Below, piece by piece: positions 9,610 to 20,400 of a stretch of DNA of 64,000 nucleotides. The translations under genes and the position numbers were made by a program. Numbering within the stretch: the first letter of the stretch is position 1; each line of letters begins with the position of its first letter. This DNA comes from Candidatus Sericytochromatia bacterium (GTDB taxonomy: Bacteria; Cyanobacteriota; Sericytochromatia; S15B-MN24; UBA4093): positions 23,642-87,641 of the forward strand of contig JAKFCT010000031.1 in the NCBI GenBank assembly GCA_036676495.1, given 5' to 3'. Under the pieces are notes generated by a model, which ran no database searches, had not been told where the DNA came from, and saw only the letters and a list, made by a program, of their open reading frames with translations.

Positions 9610-12600
9610 ATGAGACGCTTGCTGGTATCAGTCTTATTTCTCTTCCTCCTCACGAGCTGCCGCCTGCCCTCGCTTCTCCCGCAGGTCATGGGGAACGGAG
9701 GGGACGCGCCCGCCGTCGGCACCGTGCATGCGCCCAACGTGCTCAAGGTCCGCATCGGGGAGTCGCTCACCCTCCAGGCCAAGCCCGAGGAAATCGCCAA
9801 CGGGGCCACGATCGCGCTGGTCGACTCCGAGACCGGCGCCACCCTCGGCACCAGCATCACCTCTCCGACCGGCGAGTTCGTCTTGACCTTCGGGGAGAAC
9901 GTTTCGCTGGTGGATGGCCGCGCCTACTATCTGGATGTCATCAAGGGGCTGCGCCTCGATACCACCAAGCCCTTGCCGCCGCCGAACGATCCGGCGAATC
10001 CCTTCAACCAGGCCGGGGCGGATGCCCTGCGGCTCCGCAACCTCCTCTTCTACCAGGCGGCGACCGCGGCGGGTCCGGCGGGTTGGAAGAGCCTTTACGA
10101 CGCGACCCCCAGCAACACGGTCAACGTGGGCAACAAATCCACGGCGCTGGCCGTCGCGCTCGCCCTGAAGCAGCTCGCCGGCGAGACGATCACGCTCTCG
10201 GATTATGCGGGCGTCCTCAAGGTGGTGGAGGTGGTGGGCGGAGTGGAGCTCACCGTCATCGAGAAGGATCCGACATGGGTCCTGGGAGGCATGGATCACA
10301 ACGGGTTCATCACCGCCCGCGACGTGGTCAAGAACGCCATCGAGAGCGATCGCGATCCGCTCCAGTACACGGCTTACGATCAGACCACCAAGACCTTCCG
10401 CAGCTCGTGGGTCGGCTTCTCGATGCGGACCATCTCCCCCACGGTGGGCCCGATCAACCAGATCATCACCATCACCGGCTCGGGCTTCGAGGCCGGCGTT
10501 CCCAAGGTGGCCATCAACGGTCGTGAGATCACCGTCATCAGCCACTCGGCCGCCGAGATCAAGGCGCGCGTCACTCCCGGCACGCGCTCGGGGCCGGTCT
10601 CCGTCCAGATCGGATCGATCCTCCTGGCGGGCAACACCTTCACCGTCGCCTTCCAGGATGGCCACCAGGCCGTGCTGGATCGCGTGGTCGGCGGTAAGAC
10701 CGTTCGCATGCTCTACGTGGCGAATCCCGCGTGGAACACGGTGGTGGAGATCGCGCCCGACGGCTCCGTGAAAAAGCTCTGGGACGGCACGGCGGTTCCG
10801 GAGTTGAGCAATCCCCAGCAGATCGCGATCTGGAACAAGAAGCTCTACGTCTCCTGCAACCCTGTCGGTACCGCCAATGACTTGATCCTCGAGTTGGATC
10901 CCGAGAGCCTTGGATACAAGCGGGTTCACAGCCGGGCCGTCCCCGAGCCCTTCGGGCTGGCCTTCGATACGGCCGGAGCCCTGCATGTCTCGAGCTTCCA
11001 GGATGCCGGAGCGGTCTACAAGCTGAGGGCTGACGGCACGGAGCTGACCCGCTACGCCGGCGTTCAGTATCCGCGCGGCATCGCCTTCGATTACCAGGGC
11101 AGCATCTTCGTCGCCGAGGAGCAGCGCGGCCAGATCGTCAAGCTCACCTCACCCGGCTTCGGCGCCACCGTCTGGGGCCTCGTCCCCTCACCGCTCGGCC
11201 TTGCGGTGGACTCGGCCGGCGACGTCTTCGTCGCCAGCAACGTGAACGACGCCATCTTCCGGATTTCGTCCACCCGGGCGATGTCGGTCTTCGCCATGCT
11301 CAACAAGCCGGGCGGTTTGACGTTCGACGATCGCGGCTACATGTACGTCTCGGACACCGAGAAGAACCTCGTCAACCGCATCTCGCCCTCGGGCGACGCC
11401 CGGGTCTACGCCTATGGCATCAGCAATCCGCGCGGCCTCGCCGTGGATCCGGCCAATGGCACGCTCTATGTCTCGCTCAGCCAATCCAACGCGATCCTGA
11501 AGGTGGAGGGAGGCATCCTCAAGCCCTTCGTGACGGGAATCGCCAACCCGATGACGATCTCCTTCCGAGGGAAGGGGCTCATCATCAGCCACCCCGAGAC
11601 GCATACGGTTTCCTTCGCCGAGACGACCGGCAAGCTCAGCACCCTGGCGACAGGCCTGGTCTATCCCGGAGGAGCGGATCAGGCCGTGGATGGTGCGGGC
11701 AACTTGACGGGGAAACTGTACGTCGGGCGCTTCGGGGATATGGAGTCTCCCATCACGGCCCGCTATCCCTACGACTCCTATACGATCTCCGACGGGAACT
11801 ACAACGGCGTCGACGTGGTCGAGAACAAGGTCCCGACGCTCCGGCGCTGGTTGTACCGGATGAAGCTCAGCTACATCGCAGTGGATGCCTCCAAGAACAT
11901 CTTCGCGATTCAGTCGAGCGACCGGACGCTAACCAAGATCTCGGTCGCACCGGGGGGCGGCAACAGTTCCCGCCGGATCCAGCGCCTCTGCGGCCCGGGC
12001 TCCGCGTATTCGTTCCCATCCGACCCGGGCTGGGTCTCGCTCGATCGTGACGGCAACGTCTACGTGGTGGTGCCTGGAGACAATGCGGTCTACCGCTTCA
12101 AACCGTCCGGCGACACCTACGTCATGAGCAAGATCACCAACTTCAACCAGCCCTGGGGCATTGCCTTCTCGGACACGATTCCGCAGGCCATGTTCGTCTC
12201 CAACACGGGAGATGGGTTGATCCGCAAGGTCACCACCCCGGCTACCGATGCCGCGGCCCTCAGCACCACGACCTTCAACATCCCCGCGGATACCACGGTC
12301 AAGGGCCTCACCTACATGTCCACGGGCACGGCCGGTACCGGCACGCTCTACATGGCCAACGGCACCAGCGTGATGAAGGCGAGTCTCTCCGGGAACAATT
12401 ACGTCGCGGCCTCTTATGGGCCCTACTTCACCGACCTTCCGGTAGCCTGGTCCTACCTCTACGCCAAGTCAGACACCAAGGAGCTCTACGGCTGGGGCAA
12501 CAGCGTCTTTTCTCATCGCCTCGTACCGGGCACTCCGCCGGTTCCCTACACCTACCGGGACTACACGGGTTGGGGACGCTACTTGGGCTTCACCTTCGCC

Positions 12601-13029
12601 CCGGATTTCACGTACTACGCGATGGAGATGCACTACGGAGGGGTGAGCACCATGTGGTCCCAGAACACCACGCGGGAGATCTTGCTCAACGGCAATACGC
12701 TCTATGTCGCTTCGCCGGACAGCATGGGCTCAGGTGGCGTCCTGCGCATCGATCTGGCCACGAACGAGGAGCTGTTGGTTCCGATTCAGTCGTACTCGCT
12801 GGCCCTTTACGGGACGAGTCTTTACGTCGGTGCCACCAACAACCGGATCTACGAGGTGGATGCGGCCGGGCGGCACTATGAGCGGTGGAACATCGGAACG
12901 CTTCCGTATGGCCTGGATATCCGCGGCAATACCGTCTGGGCGGTGGGAGCCGACTCGGTCATCTACGAGCGGGTCATCGGAGGCGGGATCGCGGATCATC
13001 GCTTCGGCATGATGGGACCGGTGTTCTAA
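9610..13029 (+). CDS. Large lipoprotein B1: same N-terminal domain, IPT/TIG (ITITGSGF), NHL repeats
   Basis: Lipobox LLTS|C; SD gaggag; many NHL repeats; C-terminus GMMGPVF. Confidence 0.85.
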   Translation: MRRLLVSVLFLFLLTSCRLPSLLPQVMGNGGDAPAVGTVHAPNVLKVRIGESLTLQAKPEEIANGATIALVDSETGATLGTSITSPTGEFVLTFGENVSLVDGRAYYLDVIKGLRLDTTKPLPPPNDPANPFNQAGADALRLRNLLFYQAATAAGPAGWKSLYDATPSNTVNVGNKSTALAVALALKQLAGETITLSDYAGVLKVVEVVGGVELTVIEKDPTWVLGGMDHNGFITARDVVKNAIESDRDPLQYTAYDQTTKTFRSSWVGFSMRTISPTVGPINQIITITGSGFEAGVPKVAINGREITVISHSAAEIKARVTPGTRSGPVSVQIGSILLAGNTFTVAFQDGHQAVLDRVVGGKTVRMLYVANPAWNTVVEIAPDGSVKKLWDGTAVPELSNPQQIAIWNKKLYVSCNPVGTANDLILELDPESLGYKRVHSRAVPEPFGLAFDTAGALHVSSFQDAGAVYKLRADGTELTRYAGVQYPRGIAFDYQGSIFVAEEQRGQIVKLTSPGFGATVWGLVPSPLGLAVDSAGDVFVASNVNDAIFRISSTRAMSVFAMLNKPGGLTFDDRGYMYVSDTEKNLVNRISPSGDARVYAYGISNPRGLAVDPANGTLYVSLSQSNAILKVEGGILKPFVTGIANPMTISFRGKGLIISHPETHTVSFAETTGKLSTLATGLVYPGGADQAVDGAGNLTGKLYVGRFGDMESPITARYPYDSYTISDGNYNGVDVVENKVPTLRRWLYRMKLSYIAVDASKNIFAIQSSDRTLTKISVAPGGGNSSRRIQRLCGPGSAYSFPSDPGWVSLDRDGNVYVVVPGDNAVYRFKPSGDTYVMSKITNFNQPWGIAFSDTIPQAMFVSNTGDGLIRKVTTPATDAAALSTTTFNIPADTTVKGLTYMSTGTAGTGTLYMANGTSVMKASLSGNNYVAASYGPYFTDLPVAWSYLYAKSDTKELYGWGNSVFSHRLVPGTPPVPYTYRDYTGWGRYLGFTFAPDFTYYAMEMHYGGVSTMWSQNTTREILLNGNTLYVASPDSMGSGGVLRIDLATNEELLVPIQSYSLALYGTSLYVGATNNRIYEVDAAGRHYERWNIGTLPYGLDIRGNTVWAVGADSVIYERVIGGGIADHRFGMMGPVF

Positions 13030-13391
13030 TGATGGGTAGAAGACCAATGATGACTGGAAGACACTTGCCGCAGCTCGTGATCGTGGGCGTGATGGCCTTG
13101 ACCATGATGATCGGCTGCGCGGGAGAGGAGGACTTGCTCGGATCCAACGGGGCTGCCCGGAGGTCGCCGCCGCCGACGTCCGAAGCCACTCCGACTCCCA
13201 CTCCGACTCCGGCTGTAACGGCGACCCCGGCTCCGACCCCGAGCCCCTCGTCGGCAGCCAGCGTGGCGCCATCGGACGATCCGACCTTGAACCCGCTGCC
13301 GTCCGCCCCCCAGGAATGGCCGTCGAGCGACCCCGTTCCCAGTGCTTCCCCCGAGGAGGGCTCGGATTACCCCGATCCCGAGATCCCTTGA
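13029..13391 (+). CDS. Small Pro/Thr-rich lipoprotein C1
   Basis: Hydrophobic signal ending MIG|CAGEEDLLG, then a PTPTPT linker; start overlaps B1 stop (TAATG); paralog at 20927. Confidence 0.75.
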   Translation: MMGRRPMMTGRHLPQLVIVGVMALTMMIGCAGEEDLLGSNGAARRSPPPTSEATPTPTPTPAVTATPAPTPSPSSAASVAPSDDPTLNPLPSAPQEWPSSDPVPSASPEEGSDYPDPEIP

Positions 13392-13414
13392 GACCTGGCG
13401 TGAAAGAGGAACCT

Positions 13415-13603
13415 ATGAAACCCTTGCTTCCTATTTTTGTGTTGATCGTGGCGGGCGCCCTGGCCTTTGGTGCGGGCTGCGCGGAGGATGGCGACCTCTT
13501 CGGGGTCGGAAACAGGAACGGTGGCAACACCACCAACCCCACGCCCACGCCCACCCCCTCCGCATCGCCTTCGGGCACGGGCGGTAACGTCATCAACGAC
13601 TAA
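13415..13603 (+). CDS. 62-aa Pro/Thr-rich micro-lipoprotein
   Basis: SD agagga before ATG 13415; MKPLLPIFVLIVAGALAFGAG|CAEDGDLFG...PTPTPTP. Confidence 0.7.
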   Translation: MKPLLPIFVLIVAGALAFGAGCAEDGDLFGVGNRNGGNTTNPTPTPTPSASPSGTGGNVIND

Positions 13604-13718
13604 CCTCGTGGCTTGTCGAAAGGCCCAGGCCGTTCCGCGATCCGGAACGGCCTGGGCCTCGACGTGCGGGGGCTCGGGGGGGCCTTTCAGGAACGCGGCG
13701 CCCAACAGGAAGACGCCC

Positions 13719-13808
13719 ATTGATGCCAAGCGCAGGATCAGTCGCCGCATGCCCAGCGTGCCCGAGGTGATCCACGCGCGGGGTTGCGGTGGATCTGTCG
13801 GCGACTGA
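13719..13808 (+). pseudogene. pilB: Decayed remnant of the pilB 3' end
   Basis: Reads IDAKRRISRRMPSVPEVIHARGCGGSVGD* versus PilB FDAKRKIIRRMTNVPEVIRVLGYGGPDGY* (5861-5950); same 90-nt length and same 7858-bp offset as the duplicated A genes. Confidence 0.85.
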
Positions 13809-13916
13809 GTTTACGCCAAAACAATCTCTACATAAGGAGTTCATGGGCCGAGCAACGGGGTATAAGGCTGATAGCCCCCCTTACGCTTGCACGGTAAGGT
13901 GGAAAAGGAGGCCTTG
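13809..13916 (+). promoter_or_regulatory. Conserved promoter/leader of NHL module, copy 2
   Basis: GTTCAT(13839)-N13-GGGTAT(13858), hairpin ccttac..gtaagg, SD aaggagg. Confidence 0.7.
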
Positions 13917-16900
13917 ATGGCTTTCGCTAGGATTCATTCGAGACTTTCACGCTTCGCGGCCTTCATCCTGATGGCCGTGCTCACGATCGCGTTGACCGCC
14001 TGTCCGCGACCGCTCACGCCGCCCATGGGAACGCCCGCTCCTGGAACGCTCACGGGATCGGAGGCCGATCAGGTCGTCGGCCACGTCGATTTCGGAGGCC
14101 GCAGCACCCAGGCCACCATCGAAGACAACATCATGCCGGGCAGCACCATCTCGCTGATCGAGGTGGAGACGGGCGATACCGTCAGCACGGCGCGCTCCGA
14201 CGCGAACGGCAAGTTCGTCCTCAAGTACTCCAACGGCTTCAAGCCGGTACATGGCAAGCTCTACTACTTCGAGGCGATCAAGGGCCTCGACGCGGGATCG
14301 GGCAACTATAACGCGGTGGGCGCCGATCTGGTCCGCGTCCGAACCATCGCCACGTATCGCAACGGGGGGGGCTGGCTCAGCCTGACGAGCGATCGCTTCG
14401 GCTTCTATATGCCGATCACTCCCATGACCACGGCCGTGTCGATCGTGGTCAGCCTGCGCTCTTCGACCAACCGCAAGATCGACGCGAGCACCCTTTTCGG
14501 CAGCGTCCGGCTGGGGCAGTCGAACGGCAAGTACCCCGACACCCTGGTCTTCCCGGATACGGCCCTCTTCCCCGTCACCCTGGCTCAGGGCGCTTATAAC
14601 CTGGTCATGGATGCCTTTGCCAAGGAGCGCGATCCGATGCGCTGGATCCAGCTCGCGGGCGGGGACGCGCAGTTCAACACGGTCGAGTTGCCGGACGTGC
14701 CGTTCACCCTGCTGGGCATCGCTCCTCCTGCCCAGGTTCCCCTCCAGCTCGTCTCGCTGGTGGGCACCAACTATGAAGGCGAGGTCGAGGTCCACTTCCA
14801 GCGCGATGGTGGCGGCACGGTGGCGGCGCAAGGTCCGAACGGTGGAGCACCTGAAATCAGTCCGGATCGGACGCGAATCACCGTCCGCGTTCCGGCCAAC
14901 GCGATCAACGGGCGGCTCGAGCTCAAGATTCGTCCCAATTCGACCAGTCCCTGGCGAACGCTCATCAGCGCGCAGGACTTCCTGCTCGCGACCATGGACG
15001 GGCATAGTGTCGTCGATCTCGCGGGGCGGGTCTATGCCGCCAATGTGGGCCTGGGCACGATCGTGCGCCTTCAGCCCACGGGCCAGGACGATCGGCTGGA
15101 GGTCGCCACCTTGATCTCGGGGCTCGACAAGCCCAGCGCCCTGACGTTCGCTCCCGGCACCCTGCGGCCGGAGACCTCGTTCGATCCGATCTCGTACGAT
15201 TACCTCTTCGTCGGCCTGGGCGGCACGACGCGCCAGATCGTGGAATACGACCTGCGCGGGGCCACGCCGGTCGCCACTCCCTACCATGCGGGGGTCGGGG
15301 TGGCGAACCCCTCAGGTATCGCCTTCGCGCCCTCCAAGGCGCTCTACGTGACCGACGCGGATGCCGGCAAGCTCTACGTCATCCCGAGTCGCGGAGCGGA
15401 GGTCGCCGAGGTCACGCTTCAGGGCGAGGCCCTCAACAAACCGCGCGGGATCGCCTTCGGCCCGAACGGCCGCATGTACGTGGCCAATTCGGGGGCCAAT
15501 ACGGTCCTCGAGATCGACCTGACGAAGACTCCGCCACTTGCCAAGAAGCATGTCTTGGGTTTGAGCACGCCGTGGGGCGTGGCCTTCGATCCCAAGGGCA
15601 ACTTCTACATGAGCAACAACCAGGGGAACTCGATCTACCGGGTTCCGGTGACCTCTTTGCCGGGAGCTCCGCTGACCTACGGGGCCCTCGAGGCTTTCTC
15701 GGCGGTGCCGACGCCCGCCGGCATCGATGCCGACGCGTCCGGCTACCTCTACGCGGCCGACCGCACCACCAACGGCATTTACCGCATCAACTCGAACGCC
15801 GAGGGCCGGCAGGTCGGCATCGGCATCAGCTACCCGGTGGCGACCTGGGCCGGGCCCGGCCCGAATGCCGGCGATCGCGAGATCTACGCCCTCACGGACG
15901 AAGGGCGCCTGATGAAAATCACGCGCCCCCAGAATGGGCCGTCCGCACTCTCGGTCTTCGCGGAGGGGCTCAGGTCCTCGCGTGGTCTGACCCGTGACGC
16001 GGCGGGCAACTTCTTCACGCATCGCCGGGCTGCCAAGGCCCTCACCAAGATCTATCCCGACGGGACGACGGCAGACCTTCTCGGCTCCTTGGACGCTTAC
16101 TACCTGGCCTCTCCGGTGGTCCGGGGGACCCAGATCTTCTTCCGCACCGCGAACGGTTCGCTGTCACCGGCGGATCTCCATGGGTACAACCTCGGCCCGC
16201 CCATCGGCGCCGCTCCGGCCGTGTCCTATCAGGCGTTGATGCGCGGCGTCGTGGCCGTGGCCGTGGACCGGAGCGGGCGGGTCAACAACGGCAAGTACTT
16301 CCTCCTCCAGAACAATGAGGTGCCCAAGAACCTCATCCTGAAAGTGACGCGCTTCAGCGGCGAGCGGGCCGAGACGGTGCCGTTCCTGACGGCGGCGGCC
16401 CTCAACCGGGTCACGACTCCCGTGGACATCGCCGTCGACGGAGCCGGCCAGGTCTGGGTGGCCGATGCGGCGGGCAAGGTCGTGGTTTTCAATGAGAACG
16501 GCGCCTACGTGGGAGAGGTGGCGGTTCCCAATCCGGTTCGCCTGACCTACAACGACACGCATATCGTCGTGAGCAACTATCAGGCGGCAGGAGACGTGCG
16601 CTTCTACACCACGGCCCGGGGCCTCGCCAAGACCCTGAGCGGCTTGGGCTATCCCGTGGGAGTCTCCTTCGAGGGGACCAACATGTACGTGAATACGCAT
16701 GACGACGGCTGGGTCTATCGGGTCGCCAACTACGCGGGCCTTCCCACCAAGGCGCTGACGGCGGGAGATCGCGTGCAGTTCTACCAGATTGGAGGGCAGA
16801 ACGACATCGAGGTGATCGGCGGAAACCTCTACTTCACGTATGTTGCGGGCTACGGCAACATCCGCATGTGGAACGGGAAGACGCTTGAAACCTCCTGGCG

Positions 16901-17453
16901 CTCGCACTATTACCCGATCTCGCGCCTGACTCAGGACGGGAGCAAAAGGATGGCCTACGTCTCGTCCGCAAGCTGGGTGCATCATCAGGACGATGGGTTC
17001 TATACCGGCTTCACGGGGAGCCTCTCGCAGCTCACGTACCGGGGAGACTACGGTGAATCCGTCGCCCCCGTGGCGTTCACCCCTTATTCGTGGATCTCCT
17101 ACAACCGCATGGGGGCCTGGACGCAAGCCGTGGAGACCTACTTCGACGGCTCCAAGGAACGAAGCTTCAAGTACTACGGCGGAGGCGACTACGGCTCGGT
17201 CGTGGCCGGCAACGACGGGACCATCTACATTCCCACGTTGACCGGCGGAGCCATCTTCAAGTGGACGGCGGACGGCTATAGCGTCCTGACGCCGAGCATC
17301 TACACGGGCGGGATCGATCACGTCTGGGGCCTGGCCTTCTACGACAACAAGCTCTACCAGCCGGTGCGGGAGCGGCATCTGGTACGGGAAGTCGACACGC
17401 TGACCGGGGTGGCGAGCGTCATGCCGGTTGGTCTGGTCGCACCGGAGCTCTAG
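13917..17453 (+). CDS. Large lipoprotein A2 (paralog of A1), NHL repeats
   Basis: MAFARIHSRLSRF...IALTA|CPRP; colinear with A1; C-terminus GLVAPEL. Confidence 0.85.
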   Translation: MAFARIHSRLSRFAAFILMAVLTIALTACPRPLTPPMGTPAPGTLTGSEADQVVGHVDFGGRSTQATIEDNIMPGSTISLIEVETGDTVSTARSDANGKFVLKYSNGFKPVHGKLYYFEAIKGLDAGSGNYNAVGADLVRVRTIATYRNGGGWLSLTSDRFGFYMPITPMTTAVSIVVSLRSSTNRKIDASTLFGSVRLGQSNGKYPDTLVFPDTALFPVTLAQGAYNLVMDAFAKERDPMRWIQLAGGDAQFNTVELPDVPFTLLGIAPPAQVPLQLVSLVGTNYEGEVEVHFQRDGGGTVAAQGPNGGAPEISPDRTRITVRVPANAINGRLELKIRPNSTSPWRTLISAQDFLLATMDGHSVVDLAGRVYAANVGLGTIVRLQPTGQDDRLEVATLISGLDKPSALTFAPGTLRPETSFDPISYDYLFVGLGGTTRQIVEYDLRGATPVATPYHAGVGVANPSGIAFAPSKALYVTDADAGKLYVIPSRGAEVAEVTLQGEALNKPRGIAFGPNGRMYVANSGANTVLEIDLTKTPPLAKKHVLGLSTPWGVAFDPKGNFYMSNNQGNSIYRVPVTSLPGAPLTYGALEAFSAVPTPAGIDADASGYLYAADRTTNGIYRINSNAEGRQVGIGISYPVATWAGPGPNAGDREIYALTDEGRLMKITRPQNGPSALSVFAEGLRSSRGLTRDAAGNFFTHRRAAKALTKIYPDGTTADLLGSLDAYYLASPVVRGTQIFFRTANGSLSPADLHGYNLGPPIGAAPAVSYQALMRGVVAVAVDRSGRVNNGKYFLLQNNEVPKNLILKVTRFSGERAETVPFLTAAALNRVTTPVDIAVDGAGQVWVADAAGKVVVFNENGAYVGEVAVPNPVRLTYNDTHIVVSNYQAAGDVRFYTTARGLAKTLSGLGYPVGVSFEGTNMYVNTHDDGWVYRVANYAGLPTKALTAGDRVQFYQIGGQNDIEVIGGNLYFTYVAGYGNIRMWNGKTLETSWRSHYYPISRLTQDGSKRMAYVSSASWVHHQDDGFYTGFTGSLSQLTYRGDYGESVAPVAFTPYSWISYNRMGAWTQAVETYFDGSKERSFKYYGGGDYGSVVAGNDGTIYIPTLTGGAIFKWTADGYSVLTPSIYTGGIDHVWGLAFYDNKLYQPVRERHLVREVDTLTGVASVMPVGLVAPEL

Positions 17454-17459
17454 AGGAGG

Positions 17460-20400
17460 ATGGACATGCGCCGCTTTTTGATTCCGATCCTCCTGATCTT
17501 CGTGCTCGCGAGCTGTCGCATGCCCTCGATCGTGCCGCAGATCCCCGCGGGCACGGTCGATTCGGGGGCGCCCGTGGCACGCCCGGAATCGGCCCTCAAG
17601 GTCCGGCTCGTTCGCGACCCCCAAATTCAAGCGATCTTCGAGGAGTTCACCGCAGGGGCGACCATCGCCTTGATTGATACGGAGACCGGCCTGACGCTCG
17701 GCACGAGCGTTACCACGCCGGAAGGCTCGTTCATCTTGAATTTCGGTCCGGACTTCAATCCTGTCGACGGCCGGCTTTACTACCTCGATCTCTTCAAGGG
17801 ATTGCAGGTTCAGCCCGACGGCCAGTTCAACCAGGCGGGCGCCGATGCGCTTCGCCTTCGCAACGTGCTCTGCTACGACGCGGCGACCTCGGGTTGGACC
17901 AGCCTCATGAACGGGACGCCGAGCAATTCCGTCGACATCGGCAACAAGTCCACGGCCCTCAGCATCGCACTGGCCCTCAAGCGTCAGGCGGGAGAGCTGG
18001 TCGATTTCAAACAGTACCTCGGCGTCGTGCCGTACCCCAACGATTATCCGGCGGCAGGCGTCGGCACGCTCGAGAAGAGCAAGTTCGATCAGGCTTACGC
18101 GGCGGTCATCGAGGCGATCGCCAAGGACTCCGATCCCCTGCAGTACCTGGTCTATGACAAGATCACCGGGACTTACTTCGGATCCCTGGTCCTGTTCTCC
18201 CTCTCGGACATCTTCTTGAAAGGCACCGACGCCACCCCCGTTCGCGAGGGCAAGATCGACGACCGGGTGATCATCACGGGCGCCGGCTTCGGTCCGGGGG
18301 CCCAGTTCCGGCTCAACGGCAAGCTGCTCTCGATCGTCGGCTCCATCGCGGCGACCCGCGTCGAGGTCCAGATTCCTCCCGGCACCCGCACGGGACCGGT
18401 CTCGATCGAGCAGGAGGGCAAGACCCAGTTCGGCAAGACCTTCACCATCAAGGCCGACGACGGACATCGCGCGATCCTCAACGGCAAGCTCTATGTCGCC
18501 AGTCCGACGTGGCACTCCATCTCCGAGGTCGATCAAAACGGCGTCGTGAAGACCCTCTGGGACAAGGTCCGGGACGGCATTCCCGAGCTGGACTCTCCGC
18601 GGCAGGTGGCGGTCCGCGGAGGCATGATCTACGTGACCACCAGCAGCTACGTCCTGCGCTTCAATCCGGCCCAGCCCAAGGTGAGGGACGCGTTCGCGAT
18701 CGCCGTCACGGATCCTTACGGCATGGCGTTCGACCTGGCGGGCAACCTCTACGTGACCAGCCGCAGCGCGGGCACGATCATCAAGCACAATGCCGCCGGG
18801 ACGCCGCTCCAAACCTTCGCGGGCTTCAACCGGCCAATCGCCATGGCCTTCAACTATCAGGGCCGGCTCTTCGTCGTGGAGGAAGGCGGTGGCATCCGCC
18901 GCGTGACCTTCACACCGACCTATGCCAACGAGGCCTGGGGCTTTGCTTCCAAGCCCCTGGGGATCGCGGTCGACTCGGCCGGCGATCAGTTCGTCACGAG
19001 CAACGACAATGACGTCATCTTCCGGATCTCCCATACCGGGTTCCCGTCGGTCTTCGCCGCGATCAACAAGCCGGGAGGCCTGAGCTTCGATGACGAGGGC
19101 AACCTCTTCGTCTCGGATACCGGGCGCAACCTCATCAGCCGCCTCTCGCCCTCCGGGAACAGCAAGGTCATCGCCTACGGCATCTCCGTGCCGCGCGGCA
19201 TCGCCGTGGACCCTGCGAGCCCCCGCACCCTCTACGTCAGCCTCGGCCAATCGAACGCCATCCTGAGGGTGACGCCGGATACCGGCGCGCTGGCTCCCTT
19301 CGTCACCGGAATTGCCAACCCCATGTCCCTGAATTTCCGGGGGCAGGGCATGTTCATCGCGCACCCGGAAACCGGAACGATCTCCTATGCGCGTACCAGC
19401 GGCGAGATGGAGACGGTCGCCACGGGGATCCTCTACCCCGGCGGCGCCGATCAGCAGGTCGTCGGCGGCGTCCGTACCGGCAATCTCTACGCGGGCCGCT
19501 TTGGGGACGTGGAGGGGGCCACCACGCCGCGCCTCCCGAACTTCGCCATTCGCGCGCTCGCGTTCGGCGATCACTACGGCTTGGAGACCTTCAATAACGG
19601 CACCCGCGTGGAAGCGCGCCAATGGCTTTACCACCAGCAGGTGCAAAGCGTCGCCGTCGACTCCGAGGGCAACATCTTCATGGTCAACCAGGCCGAGAAG
19701 TCGCTGACCATGTTCACCAAGTTCGTCGAGACCACCGGCACGAAGTACGCACGCCTGAGTCGCCACCTGGCGGGTCCCAGGGCGGCCAACGCCGCCGCGC
19801 GCTTCACGGGAACTCCCGGCCAGGTCGTGCTGGATCCCCTTGGGAACGCCTACGTGACCGTGCCGAGCGAGAACGCGGTCTACCGCTTCAACAAGGCGCG
19901 CGGCTACGCCATGGAGAAGATCACGGGCTTCGCCAATCCGCGCGGGATCGCCTTCTCCGACACCACGGCGCCGGTCGTCATGTTCGTCTCGAACGCCGGG
20001 GACGCGGGTCGGATTTACCGCGTCACCAACGCCGATCAGGCGGCGGTCGTCCAGAAGGATGGCGCCTTCGCCGTCGCCATCGATCCCAACGTCGAGGGTA
20101 TCGCCTACATGCCCAGCGGGACCCTGGGCACCGGCACCCTCTACATCTCCAACAACAACCCGGCCAACGACCCGGACGGCGATCCGGAAACGGCCGAGTA
20201 CCAGCTCGACAAGGTGAGCATCGCGGGCAACAACGCCTCCGGAGGACGCGTGAACGTCTTCAAGTACCTGCCCCGTCCCTGGAAGTACATCTTCGCCCAC
20301 CCGGCCACGGGAATGCTCTACGGGTACATCAACGTCTCGTTCGTCGACAAGATCAACCCCACGACGCTGGCTTTCGACAACCACCGGGACGGCACGGGCT

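Noticed and set aside
13367-13750. Minus-strand ORF with a signal-peptide-like start (MRRLILRLASMGVFLLGAAF)
   Set aside because: Its start is the antisense reading of the decayed pilB tail, and it overlaps a well-supported lipoprotein gene; probably incidental, although de novo origin is not excluded
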